Below, one piece after another: positions 1 through 11,384 of a stretch of 64,000 bases of DNA (position 1 is the stretch's first letter; every line of letters starts with the position of its first letter). The stretch is from Heptranchias perlo. Its lineage: Eukaryota. Made by a program: the position numbers and the translations under genes. Below the pieces are notes generated by a model. That model was given only the letters and a program-made list of their open reading frames with translations. It was not told where the DNA came from and did no database searches. The stretch spans positions 9,054,001 to 9,118,000 of the forward strand of contig NC_090367.1 in assembly GCF_035084215.1 (NCBI RefSeq), given 5' to 3'.

Positions 1-277
1 CCCCAGCTAAAAGGCCCAATCAACATTTGCAGCGTGTATGTTGGCTGTTAATCACTTGTCAGTTTAATTCACTAATGTAATATAAAAATCTACTCTGTCA
101 AATATAAAAAACCCAAAACATCACAACAATCATCCAAGTGTCTTTACTGGAATGCTGTAAGCATATGAAGCAGAATGATCCCAGAAATATGATTCATTTA
201 ACTGGGAGTGAATTGAATATGCAAGAATATATTGTTCAGGTAAGAAAGTGTATATACACACACACAATCTGGATGTG

Positions 278-530
278 AACAACTTGCATTTATACAGCAC
301 CATTAATGTAGAAAAACATCCCAATGCACTTCAGAGGTGTTAATCAGACAAAAAATTACAAAAGTGAGCAAAAGCTGGGTCTGAGGGGTAAGTTTTAAGG
401 AGGGCCTTAAAGGAGATGGAGGGGTGGAGTGGCTAAGGGGAAATTTCAGAGCGCAAGGCCTAGATGGCTGAAAGCATGGCTGCCAATGGTAGGAGGAAGC
501 ATAAAGAGGCGAAAGTCAGAAATGGGAAAC
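278..530 (-). mobile_element. Degraded L2 LINE 3' end
   Basis: AACAACTTGCATTTATACAGCACC...TTTTAAGGAG...GCTGAAAGCATGGCTGCCAATGG resembles the better preserved minus-strand L2 tails at 30719 and 54725. Confidence 0.55.
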
Positions 531-655
531 TATCTCAGGGGGAGGGGGTGCAAAAGAGTCCTGGCAGCAGCTAAGGAGGACTCAGTTAACAAATGACGTC
601 TATTACAAACCCCCAGGGTAGTGAAGGTAGATAACAGCATGGTACGGATTACAAT

Positions 656-1013
656 GGTTAAGGGGTGATCTGATCGAAGTTTATAAGATATTAAGGGGAA
701 CGGATAGGGTGGATAGAGAGAAACTATTTCCACTGGTTGGGGATTCTAGGAGAAGGGGGCACAGTCTAAAAATTAGAGCCAGACCTTTCAGGAGCGAGAT
801 TAGAAAACATTTCTACACACAAAGGGTGGTAGAAGTTTGGAACTCTCTTCTGCAAACGGCAATTGATACTAGCTCAATTGCTAAATTTAAATTTGATAGA
901 GCTTTTTGGCAACCAAAGGTATTAAGGGATATGGAGTTAGATCACAGATCAGCCACGATCTTATCAAATGGCAGAGCAGGCATGAGGGGCTGAATGGCCT
1001 ACTCCTGTTCCTA
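656..1013 (+). mobile_element. CR1 LINE 3' fragment
   Basis: ORF2 C-terminal motif RGHSLKI...FYTQRVVEVWNSL plus CR1 3' UTR; nearly identical to 53230-53610. Confidence 0.9.
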
Positions 1014-3199
1014 TTGGATAATATTGGCCAACTGCTACCAGTATTAACTGTGAATGCCCAAGTTAACAGCAGCAGGATGTGAAATAGTAAATGCAGCACA
1101 AGATTACTTGACAATGTGCCACACACAACTACACAGTAGATTTGGTTCTTGCAAACAACTAACCAGGAGGAATCTATAACTTACAAGTAATGAACTGCTG
1201 GGAACAAGTGATCAGAATGTGAAATTTGATCTCATTTGGCAGTCAGTGCAACACAGACAAAGAAGTATATTTCAAGAAAGCAAACTAAAAGTGCATGATG
1301 AGCAACTAAAAGAAATTAGGCAGGATGCACTGCAAGGAGTTGGGGAAAAGTTAAACACATCATATGGAAGACAAGTACTGCCAAAGAGAAATAATTGTAA
1401 GCTAACCAGTCTGGGTTCAGGGACCCAGACATTTCCCCCCACCCCCTTTTAGTTTCTAGTAACCTCACTTGTGGCGATTAATCCTGTGCTACTGGTATCC
1501 ACATTTCTATACGTTATACATCTGTAGAAAAACCCTACATTCACATTTCTATTGATCTCCTAGCCACTTGTAAAATTCCAAGCTTGTGCTGCTGCAGAGA
1601 GCGAATTAAAGCAATCACACAGGCTCCTTCAATGTCAGGGCCAGGCCAGCCCTTGCAAAGTCAGCTAATCTTGAGATGCGATACCAAATGAGTCTGCTTA
1701 AAACTCCTACTTCCCCTGAAAGGGCACTTCTATGACCCAAACTCTCAGAAGGGATACTGTAGAGATGGATATACAGTAAATCAATAACAAAGCCAACAGC
1801 TAGATTTGGCCAGGATTCCATTTTCCTGCACTCAAAGGCAGACCACAGAAACCATCTAACACTCACTGGGAACTGCAGGGTTGTGCTTAAATCAAATTGA
1901 AATAGTTCAGAACTTGAGCGGCAAGCCTACAAGATATGTCAACGTGAAATACAAATGGTACTGAACTCAGCATAGCCAGAGATCTAACACTTAAATTCAA
2001 AATATCTACACTTTGGCATTTACATAGCAACAAAGGAATTCTCAGGAAAAAAAGACCAAGATCCATCTAGTTCATCTTCCACCAGCCTGGTAGTGGTGTG
2101 ATACAATAGTGGAGGTATGACTAATCGTGGCAATCAATCTCCATCAATTAGGCTACAACAGACCCAGACAGGGTGAGGAAAAACCCCAGTGGAGCAGAGT
2201 TTTGAGATCCATTAGGTCCAAAGTCACCTGTTCTTCCTAAACATTGCACACTTACCACATGTCATGTCTCAAGTCATTCATGAACTGTATCCCAAAATGT
2301 TAAAGGGTCCCTCACTATTTCAGCTCAATACTGACCTTTTAATGCATCCCAACATCTAATTTGCTTTACTCACTGCCACTGAGCATTGTTACGATTGACA
2401 ATAAATTGAAACTATCAGGACCTCCAGATCTCATTTTCCATGCACAGCATCTTCTTTCCATTTAAGTAATAGACCTGCCTGGATTTTTTTTGTCCTCATG
2501 TGAAGTACTTTGTATTTTCCCTACATCAAATGCCATCTGTCCAATTCTCAAGTATATTCAAATCCTCCTGGCATGTAATCTGTTCCGCTTTGGAGTCTAC
2601 CACCTTCATTATCTTTGATCTATTAGGCAGCTGGCTGATTTCTCACTAGCAGACTAGACAAACATGGAGACAAGTTTGCCTGGGTGACAGTGGATTTAAA
2701 GTTCTATTTGACATTAAGGTGGCTCTCCATTCTGTAAAGATCATCAGAACCCAGATAATAAGAAAATGCACTTACCAGATTTGTAACCAGTTGCTCCTAA
2801 ACACCTCAGTAGAATATTTACTTGTGGCACTATAAACCCAGACACTATTAGGTGAAACCCAGCCCAAAATTTCTTAATAGATTCAAAGCCCCCAACTCGG
2901 TATTTTCCTATAACCCAGGACTGATTTCACTGAAGCAGGTCGAATAAGAAGCCACACACGTGCAAAAACCTTTACACTTGTTTTATACGTTTGACAAAAT
3001 GCCATGTAGCAGCCTGGTTTTTAAAAAGGGAAAAAAGACAACGATGCTTAAAGATCGGGAAAAACCCCAAAAGCAAGGTAACCACTTAATTACAACTCGC
3101 CCCTAAAAAACATTTTACAGAGATACTATTCTCTATCCCAAAAGGTATACAAAACATCAAGTCAACGAAGTGTCCCATTCCCCCCCCCACCTCAGCGAG

Positions 3200-3875
3200 A
3201 AAGCAAATAACCAGTAAATTATACAGTCAATTTGCAATAGGGGCTCCTCATTACAAGTGTCGATACATCCCATTTCCAGACCCCTCCAATAAATTTTAAT
3301 CAAATTGTAAAGGTGCCCCATTACAAGAGCTTGAATGATTCCCATTGCGACCCCCCCCAGAAAAAAAAACACAACGTAGTAAGTTACAGACAAATTGCAG
3401 TGAAAAGCACCCCCATTACAAGAGCTTAAACAATCCCCGCTTCCACATCCCCCCCCAGAAAACAATGTAAGTAAATTATACAAATTGCAGTTAAAGGCTC
3501 ACCTATTACAAGAGCATTAATAATTCCCAGTTCCAGAAACCCCCCCAGTAAACAAACAGTAAATTATAAATCAAACTGTAATGGTGCCGTTACAAAATCT
3601 TGAATGATCTCATTTCCAGACCCCCCCCCCAAAAAAAATGTAAGTTATACAGACAAATGCAATTATAGACCTCCCTATTACAACAAGAACTCAAGTCCCG
3701 TTTCCAGCATTCCCCCCCACCTCCCCCCAGAAAACAATGCATTAAGCTATGGAGTTAACAAATTGTAGGTAAAGGCTCCCCCATTAACAGCAGAAACTTG
3801 AATGAGTCCCATTTCCAGCCCTCTCCAGAGAATGCAAGTCAACAAAATCACAGTTAGAGGCTCCCCAATAGAAAA
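3200..3875. repeat. Old degenerate tandem array, ~70-105 bp unit, about 8 copies
   Basis: Recurring CAAATTG(C/T)A..AAGG(C/T)..CC(C/T)ATTACAAG...CCCA/GTTTCCAG..CCCCCC block; ATTACAA cores near 3250, 3321, 3415, 3506, 3590, 3677, 3783. Confidence 0.75.
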
Positions 3876-4555
3876 AGTGGCTCGACATCTAAAAAGGATC
3901 AGACTGGTCGTCCTTTTAATGTTAAATCAAATCCGGCAGCCGTTCTCAACTTGATGTTTTAATACTTCTTTCCCCGATCAGTCCGATCAGCTACTTTACT
4001 CGGCTGACATTTTTGTATTACTAACTCCTAGCTACTTTCTATCGATTAAATAGAACTTGTCATCTGTTTCGCCCTAGTTAAAAACGGGGAGGGGATCTGT
4101 ATTCGGCAGAATGGGGGGGGGTTGGAGGAGAGAAGAGAGAAAGAAGGGAGGGACTGCAGTTTCCTAGGGAAGGTTAAAACGTTGGAGCACTGACTACAAT
4201 GGGAATGCCCTGCAAACGACTGACTGCCTGCCTGCCTCCCAGGATTTCTCTCTGTCGGTGGGTCGTTCCCTTCTCATGCAGTGTTGCAGCGGCCAGTGTG
4301 CGGGCTCTCATGTGAGGCTTATCCCGTCGGTTGAATCTCGGTGCAGGCTGTGCTTGCCAAGAGCTAAAGGGAGGAGGAGGAGGGGGAAAAAATCCCCGTG
4401 CTGCTGGGTTCGGTGCAGTCGGTTCCTGTGCAACGGATTGCGTGAGCTGGCCATTCCTTCTTCTGGCTTGAAACAAACAATATAAAAAAAAAACCCCAAC
4501 AGGTAGCTGTCTTCCCCCCCCCCACCCCCGGCCTGGTCGCAGGCGCCGGTTCCTT

Positions 4556-5317
4556 CTAGTAGCCGCGGGCCCTCGCCCCGTAGCCGTTGACGTAAGGGGT
4601 CCGAAAGTACTGCGGCTGCATCGGCCTCATCATGCCCACGGGGCGGCGATCCTGGTAGATCCGGGGGGGAGGCGGAGGCGGAGGCGGGGCGGCCAACGGG
4701 CGGCCCCGGGTCAGCTGCTGGCGGTACGGATCGTAGCCCAGGCGGCCGTAGTAACCCACCGCGGCGGGGTTGTAGAACGGCGACGGCGGCGGCGGGAAGA
4801 AGTGGTGGTGGGGGTGGGGGTGGAGGTGGGGGTGGGCGGCCGGGTCGGGGCCCCAGGCCTCGCGGCCCGGGTTGGAGCGGGAGAGCTGGACGAACATGTT
4901 CTGGCCCTGCAGCGGGGAGCCGTCCAGCGCCTGGATGGCGGCCAGCGCCTGCCGCTCCTGCTCCATGTAGACGAAGGCGAAGGTGCGGGCCACGTCCAGG
5001 TCCACCACCCGGCCGAACCGCTGGAACAGCTGCTTGACGGCGGCGCCCGTCACCGGCTCGGCCAGGTTGCCGACGAAGACCTTGGTGGTGTTGCGCGTGC
5101 GCGAGTTGGCCACGCCCACCGTGATGTGCGCGCCCCGCACGTTGGCCCGGTGCAGCGCCTTGATGGCGCGCGTCGCCTGGCTCAGCTTCTCCATGTGCAC
5201 GAAGGCGTAGTTGCGCACCACCTCGCACTCGCTCACCTCGCCGTACTTCTCGAACATGCCCCGCAGCTCGGCGGGGCTGCAGTAGCGCGACAGGTTGCCC
5301 ACGAAGATCTTCACCAT
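4556..5317 (-). CDS. RBM4-family (RBM4/Lark-like) RNA-binding protein, two RRMs plus Pro/His/Tyr-rich tail, single-exon CDS, 253 aa
   Basis: MVKIFVGNL...YGEVSECEVVRNYAFVHME (RRM1) and TKVFVGNL...FAFVYME...AIQALDGSPLQGQNMFVQLS (RRM2) match the RBM4 pattern; very high GC3; TATA promoter upstream. Confidence 0.92.
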   Translation of the reverse strand: MVKIFVGNLSRYCSPAELRGMFEKYGEVSECEVVRNYAFVHMEKLSQATRAIKALHRANVRGAHITVGVANSRTRNTTKVFVGNLAEPVTGAAVKQLFQRFGRVVDLDVARTFAFVYMEQERQALAAIQALDGSPLQGQNMFVQLSRSNPGREAWGPDPAAHPHLHPHPHHHFFPPPPSPFYNPAAVGYYGRLGYDPYRQQLTRGRPLAAPPPPPPPPRIYQDRRPVGMMRPMQPQYFRTPYVNGYGARARGY

Positions 5318-5384
5318 TCTCCGCTTTTTGGGCGGGCGAGCGAGCGCTTTGTTGCTTGGCGTCCTCTCACCCCGAGAGACAGCG

Positions 5385-5480
5385 CCGGACTGACTGCTCC
5401 TGGGAAAATGGCCGCCTATATATATATATACGCGGGGCCGCCCCGCTACGTCACGACGCCAGCGCGTCGCCTTGGCAACG
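5385..5480 (-). promoter_or_regulatory. Core promoter of RBM4-like paralog 1
   Basis: Minus strand: X-box GTTGCCAAGGCGAC (5479-5466), CRE-like GTGACGTA, GC box GGGGCGG, (TA)n TATA (5430-5417), YY1-type GGCGGCCATTTT, Inr-like TCAGT. Confidence 0.75.
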
Positions 5481-5811
5481 CTCCCCCCGCCAACAACTTT
5501 TCTTTTGTGTGTTTAGGGCCTTCTTTTATAAGTTAGATTCGTCTAGTTTTTTCTTTATTGTGAGGGTGTGTTCATGTGCAGGAAACCAATAACCCCAAGA
5601 TATGTGTCAAATAATAATTTTATTTTTCTTTCTTTCCTCTTTGTTTCTCCTTTATTTCCTATTTTTTTCCTCTTCTTTTTTTTTCCCTATTTTTTCTTTT
5701 TTCCCTCTTCTTTTTTCTCCTTTATTCTTTTTTTCCCCTCTTTTTTTCCCCCTTTTTTTCCCTATTTTTTTAAAACCCAAAATAAGCGTCAAATTATAAT
5801 TTTATTATCTT

Positions 5812-6285
5812 GGTCCAGGATGCACTCCAGCCCCTGCGGTGCCCACCGGTCGCGGAAAGTCTCGAGCGAACCGGCAGACACCGCGCGCTCCCTCTCCAGG
5901 GCCACCCGGGCGCGGAGAATTCCGCGGAAGAGAGGCAGACAGTCGCAGCGACCGCCCCCCGCGGGCCGCGTCTAACCTGGACCTGTGGATAGCCACCTTA
6001 GACAGGCTCAGGAGCAGGCCCACGAGGACGTCCACCGACCTGCCCGCCCCCCCTCCTGACCGGGTGGCCAAAGATCAGGAGCGTGGGACTGAAGTGCAGC
6101 CAGAACCTGAGGAGCAGCTCCCTTAAATAGTCAAACAGGGACTGCAGCCTCCCACACCCTATGAATAAATGAAACACGGACTCGTCCAGGCCGCAGAAAT
6201 TGCAAACGGCCTGGGAGTCCGTGAAGTGGCGTAACCGCCTATTGGTTGCGACTGCTCCGTGCAACACTCTCCACTCCAATGGCAC
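5812..6285 (-). mobile_element. L1/Tx1-clade LINE ORF2 C-terminal fragment
   Basis: WRVLHGAVATN...CNFCGLDESVFHLFIGCGRL (zf-RVT-type C-x2-C...H-x4-C), continuing after a frameshift as LVGLLLSLSKVAIHRSR. Confidence 0.8.
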
Positions 6286-6433
6286 ACGGGCCAACAACAA
6301 CTTGCCCCTCACCTTTATATATAAAAATACTTCGCAAGTTACCAACAGGTAGAAGGGGAAAAAAAACCCGACAACTTGCATTTAGATAGCGCCTTTAACA
6401 TCCCAGAACGAATAATTTTTTTTTTCAGAACAA

Positions 6434-6970
6434 GAGCACTGTGTCCAATTCTGGCCACCGCACTTTAGGAAGGATGTGAAGGCCTTGGAGAAGGTGCAGA
6501 AAAGGTTTACTAGAATGGTTCCAGGGATGAGGGACCTAAGCTACGTGGAAAGACTGGAGGAGCTGGGGTTGTTCTCCTCAGAGCAGAGAAGGTTAAGGGG
6601 AGATTTAATAGAGGTGTTGAAAATCATCAAGCGTTTAGATAAAGTAAATAAAGAGAAAGTGTTCTCAATGACGGAAAGGTCGAGAACTAGAGGACGCAGA
6701 TTTAAGGTGATTGGCAAAAGAACCAAAGGCGACATGAGGAAAAACTTTTTTTACGCAGTGAGCAGTTATGATCTGGAATGCACTGTCTGAAAAAGTGGTG
6801 GAAGCAGATTCAATCATGGCTTTCAAAAGGGAATTGGATAAATACTTGAAGGGAAAAAATTTGCAGGGATACAGGGAAAGAGCTAACTGGATTGCTCTTA
6901 CAAAGAGCTGGCATGGGCTCGATGGGCCAAATGGCTTTCTTCTGTGCTGTAACCATTCTACGATTCTATG
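6434..6970 (+). mobile_element. CR1 LINE 3' fragment
   Basis: [32 protein letters not shown]...RLRGDLIEV; ends in an ATTCTACG/ATTCTATG tail. Confidence 0.9.
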
Positions 6971-7739
6971 AAAAGCAAAATATTGCAGACGCAGGAAATC
7001 TGAAATAAAAACAGGAAATGTTGGAAATACTCAGCGAGTCAAGCAGCATCTGTGGAGAAAGAAACAGAGTTACCGTTTCAAGTCGAAGACCTTTCGTCAT
7101 AAGAGGTTAGTGTGCAAAATTAAAGCACATGGGATTGGTGGTAATATACTGGCATGGATTGAAAATTGGTTGACAGACAGGAAACAGAGAGTAGGAATAA
7201 ATGGGTCTTTTTCGGGGTGATGGGCAGTGACTAGTGGGGTACCGCAGGGATTGTTGCTTGGGCCCCAGCTATTCACAATATATATCAATGATTTGGATGA
7301 GGGAACCAAATGTAATATTTCCAAATTTGCTGATGACACTAAACTAGGTGGGATTGTGAGTTGTGAGGAGGATGCAAAGAGGCTTCAAGGCGATTTAGAC
7401 AAGTTGAGTGAGTGGGCGAATACATGGCAGATGCAGTATAATGTGGATAAATGTGAAGTAGTTCACTTCGGAAGGAAAAACAGAAAGGCAGGGTATTATT
7501 TAAATGGTGATAGATTGGGAAATGTTGATGTACAAAGGGACCTGGGTGTCCTTGTACATCAATCACTGAAAGCAAACATGTAGGTGCAGCAAACAGTTAG
7601 GAAGGCAAATGGTATGTTGGCCTTCATTGCAGGAGGATTTGAGTACAGGAGCAAGGATGTCTTACTGCAGTTATACAGGGCCTTGGTGAGACCACACCTG
7701 GAGTATTGTGTGCAGTTTTGGTCTCCTTACCTAAGAAAG

Positions 7740-7971
7740 TAGCCATGATGTGGAGATGCCGGTGATGTTCTGGGGTTGACAAATGTAAGGAATCTTACAA
7801 CACCAGGTTATAGTCCAACTGTTTTATTTGAAAATCACAAGCTTTCGGAGGCTTTCTCCTTCGTCAGGTGAGTGTGGGACACTCACCTGACGAAGGAGAA
7901 AGCCTCCGAAAGCTTGTGATTTTCAAATAAAACAGTTGGACTATAACCTGGTGTTGTAAGATTCCTTACAT
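7740..7971. mobile_element. Palindromic mini Penelope-derived element, copy 1
   Basis: Perfect 95-bp inverted arms 7781-7875 and 7879-7973; TSD TTACCTAAGAAAG at 7727-7739 and 7972-7984 inside a CR1; arm matches the 3' end of the Penelope at 58065. Confidence 0.85.
7883..7919 (+). ncRNA. Minimal type I hammerhead-ribozyme-like motif (mirror copy at 7835-7871, minus)
   Basis: TCAC-CTGACGA-A-GGAG(AAAGC)CTCC-GAAA-GC-TT-GTGA: core boxes, stem I TCAC/GTGA, stem II GGAG/CTCC, palindromic AGCT in place of stem III. Confidence 0.6.
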
Positions 7972-8636
7972 TTACCTAAGAAAGGATATACTTACCGTAG
8001 AGGGAGTGCAGCGAAGGTTCACTAGACTGTTTCCTGGGATGGCAGGACTGTCGTATGAGGAGAGATTGGGTCGACTCGGCCTGTGTTCACTCGAGTTAAG
8101 AAGAATGAGAGGGGATCTTGTTGAAACGTATAAAATTCTGACAGGGCGAGACAGACTGGATGCAGGGAGGATATTTCCCCTGGCTGGGGGGGTCCAGAAC
8201 GAGGGGTCACAGTCTCAGGATACGGGGTAGGACATATAGGACTGAGATGAGGTGAAATTTCTTCACTCAGAGGGTGGTGAACCTGTGGAATTCTCTACCG
8301 CAGAAGGCTGTGGAGGCCAAGTCACTGAATATATTTAAGAAGGAGCTGAATAGATTTCTAAACACAAAAGGCATCAAGGGGTATGGGGAGAGAGCGGGAA
8401 TATGGTATTGAGATAGAGGATCAGCCATGATCATATTGAATGGCGGAGCAGGCTCGAAGGGCCGAATGGCCTACTCCTGCTCCTATTTTCTATGTTTCTA
8501 TGTCAGAACTGGAAGAAGTTAAAGATTTAATAGTTTCTAAGCAAGTACAGAGCCAGGGGAAGTAGGGGGGGGGGGAAGGAAGGGGAGCGGAGGAAAGAAC
8601 AAAAGGGAAGGTGTGTAATAGGGTGAAGGGCAGGAG

Positions 8637-9248
8637 TGTCGAAAACTTAATTACCTATTATACACAATGCATTAACTCCAAACACTTAATTCAGACAAGT
8701 AAGAATTTATTAAGAAACTTGTACAAGTTGGAAGCTGTGTCCAAGCAATGGTTGGAACCACCTCTTCGCTGAGCAGATGAAATGGTTAACTTTTATACAG
8801 TTCAATTAGTAATGTCTGTCCATCATAGAATATGGGCGTACATGTACACTCTCATTGGTTCAAGTGGTTCGTCAATCAAAATTAGGGATCCCACCCTTTT
8901 GGTTCCCATGCCTGTTCAACATCGCGAGACAATGTCTGGGGAAAGTGGCTTTCCCCTAGGAAAGTGTCTTTATTATCAGTTTTGTACTCAGTCTCAAGGC
9001 TATATGGTCATTCATTTCTGCTAGTCAGACAGTTATCTCATAAGCAGACAATAGCTCTTCTGTGTGTCTTTGCTGGGAACCGAACATAAGCGTTCTATTG
9101 TATTCAGCTGGTCAGCTAACATGGTCAACTTATTCCATCATGCTTTGCTTCTTTTATGGTTCAGTATTTCTACATTAATATGGTCAGCTTTATGGTTTAA
9201 GTGTATTAGAAAGTCAATTTAGTCAGGCAAAACTTATAGTTTTCCACA
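8637..9248 (-). mobile_element. Solo LTR (612 bp)
   Basis: Termini TGTCGAAAAC...GTTTTCCACA; 4-bp TSD GGAG (8633-8636, 9249-9252); the empty site CAGGAGTGATTAAATG is preserved in the opposite arm near 10775-10790; minus-strand TATAAAA (~8797) then AATAAA (~8711). Confidence 0.85.
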
Positions 9249-9354
9249 GGAGTGATTAAATGACAAAGGGGATGATGTGCGAGGCTAGGAGGGTGGTAAT
9301 GGGACAAGTAAAGAAACAAAAGATGGGTCTAGAGGAGCTGTAAATAAACAACAA

Positions 9355-10599
9355 AACATAGAAAATAGGAGCATGAGTAGGCCATTCGGCCCTTTGGGCC
9401 TGTTCTGCCATTCAAAATGATCATGACTGATCATCTAACTCAATACTCTGTTCCCACTTTTTCCCCATATCCCTTGACCCCTTTAGCATTAAGAAATATA
9501 TCTACCTCCTTCTTGAATACATATAATGACTTGGCCTCCACTGCCTTCTGTGGTAGAGAATTCCACAGGTTCACCACCCTCTGAGTGAAGAAATTTCTCC
9601 TCATCTCAGTCCTAAATGTCCTACCCCATATCTTGAGACTGTGACCCCTGTTTCTGGACCCCCCCAGCCAGGGGAAATATCCTCCCTGCATCTAGTCTGT
9701 CTAGTCCTGTTAGAATTTTATATGTTTCGATGAGATCACCTCTCATTCTTCTAAACTCGAGTGAATATAGGCCTAGTCGACGCAATCTCCCAATACGTCA
9801 GTCCTGCCATCCCAGGAATCAGTCTGATAAACCTTTGTTGCGCTCCCTCCATGGCAAGGACATCCTTCCTCAGATAAGGAGACCAAAACTGCACACAATA
9901 CTCCAGGTGTGGTCTCACCAAGGCTCTGTATAACTGCAGTAAGACATCCCTGCTCCTGTACTCAAATCCTCTTTCAATGAAGGCCAACATACCATTGGCC
10001 TTCCTAACTGCTTGCTGCACCTGAATGTTCGCATTCAGCGACTGGTGTACAAGGACACCCAGGTCTCGTTGCACCTCCCCTTTTCCCAATCTATCACCAT
10101 TCAGATAATTGTAAAGAATCTTACAACACCAGGTTATAGTCCAACAATTTTATTTGAAAATCACAAGCTTTCGGAGATTACCTCCTTCGTCAGGTGAGTG
10201 GGTGTGGAAGTCTTGTGATTTTCAAATAAAATTGTTGGACTATAACCTGGTGTTGTAAGATTCTTTACATTTGTCAACCCCAGTCCATCACCGGCATCTC
10301 CACATCATTCAGATAATAATCTGCCTTTCTGTTTTTACAACCAAAGTGGATAACCTCACATTTATCCACGTTATACTGAATCTGCCATGTTCTTGCCCAC
10401 TCACCCAATTTGTCTAAATCACATTGGAGCCTCTTTGCATCCTCCTCACAGCTCACATTCCACCCCAGCTTTGTGTCGTCTGCAAACTTGGAAATGTTAC
10501 ATTTGGTTCCCTCATCCAAATCATTGATATATATTGTGAATAGCTGGGGCCCAAGCACTGATCCCTGCGGTACCCCACGAGTCACTGCCTGCCACCCGG
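9355..10599 (-). mobile_element. CR1 LINE, 5'-truncated
   Basis: [44 protein letters not shown]; same subfamily as 7099-8502. Confidence 0.93.
10110..10305. mobile_element. Palindromic mini Penelope-derived element, copy 2
   Basis: Inverted arms; TSD CATTCAGATAAT at 10098-10109 and 10306-10317; hammerhead-like core at 10161-10197 (minus). Confidence 0.85.
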
Positions 10600-11384
10600 A
10601 AATGGCAACAGTAGAACCATTACCAGTACCTGCTGTCAGATCATAACCACCGCTCCCATTTTTTCGGACCGCAGGTGCTGGTAATGGTTCTGCTGTTGCC
10701 ATTTTAGACCCATCTTTTGTTTCTTAACCTGTCCCATTACCACCCTCCTAGCCTCGCACCATCATCCCTTTTGTCATTTAATCACTCCTGCCCTCCACCC
10801 GATCACAGACCTTCCCTTTAGTTCTTTCCTCTGCTCCCCTTCCTTTCCCCCATTTCCCCTGGCTCTGTACTAGCTTATAAACTGATAAATCTTTCATTTC
10901 TTCCAGTTCTGACGAAAGATCATCAACTTGAAACATTAACCTTATTTCGACCGCTACAGATGCTGCCTGACTTGCTGAGTATTTCCAGCATTTTCTGATT
11001 TTTAAAAAAGCCTTGTTCTACCATTAATTCAAAATTTTGATTGGTATTAATATAAAACTAAACAAGATCAAACTAAATTATGGAGTTATTTTAAATGGAT
11101 AAAGATGGATAATGGATGTGATGCTGTAAGAACTCTCCAGCCCCGGGGGCTGAGCGTTATTTGTCTTTATATTCCGTTTTCCCTTGAGAAATGTTTTTTT
11201 TTCCTCTGTGTAGTTTTGTTGGGTACTTTGTAAATACAGTTCTGTGATCTGAGATTCCCATGTTCGAACAATTCTTACAGAAGTTCTGCAAGTAGTTGTC
11301 CCTGGCAACTACCTGTCAACAGCAGCAGTACACATGCCAGCCTTTGTTCAAAACAAATCCCAAAGTGGCTGCATCCAGCTGCCC

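Larger units (their letters stand above)
7099..8502 (+). mobile_element. CR1 LINE, 5'-truncated
   Basis: RT motifs GVPQG..LGPQLFTIYINDLD..KFADDTKLGG; ends in a TTTTCTATGTTTCTATG tail. Confidence 0.93.
6975..11003. mobile_element. Fold-back (inverted-repeat) Penelope-type terminal-repeat element, interrupted by three insertions
   Basis: Left-arm pieces 6975-7098, 8503-8636, 9249-9346 and 10600-10638 are the reverse complement of right arm ~10668-11003; the arms contain a CTGACGA...GAAAC core. Confidence 0.75.

Noticed and set aside
4308..5536. Overlapping 306-aa and 244-aa ORFs
   Set aside because: Shadow frames caused by the extreme GC3 of the RBM4-like CDS; no domain signal
7099..10599. 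Inverted CR1 pair as the cause of the RBM4-like inverted duplication
   Set aside because: The CR1 copies are far more similar to each other than the paralogs and their flanks are, and both sit within one arm of a pre-existing element
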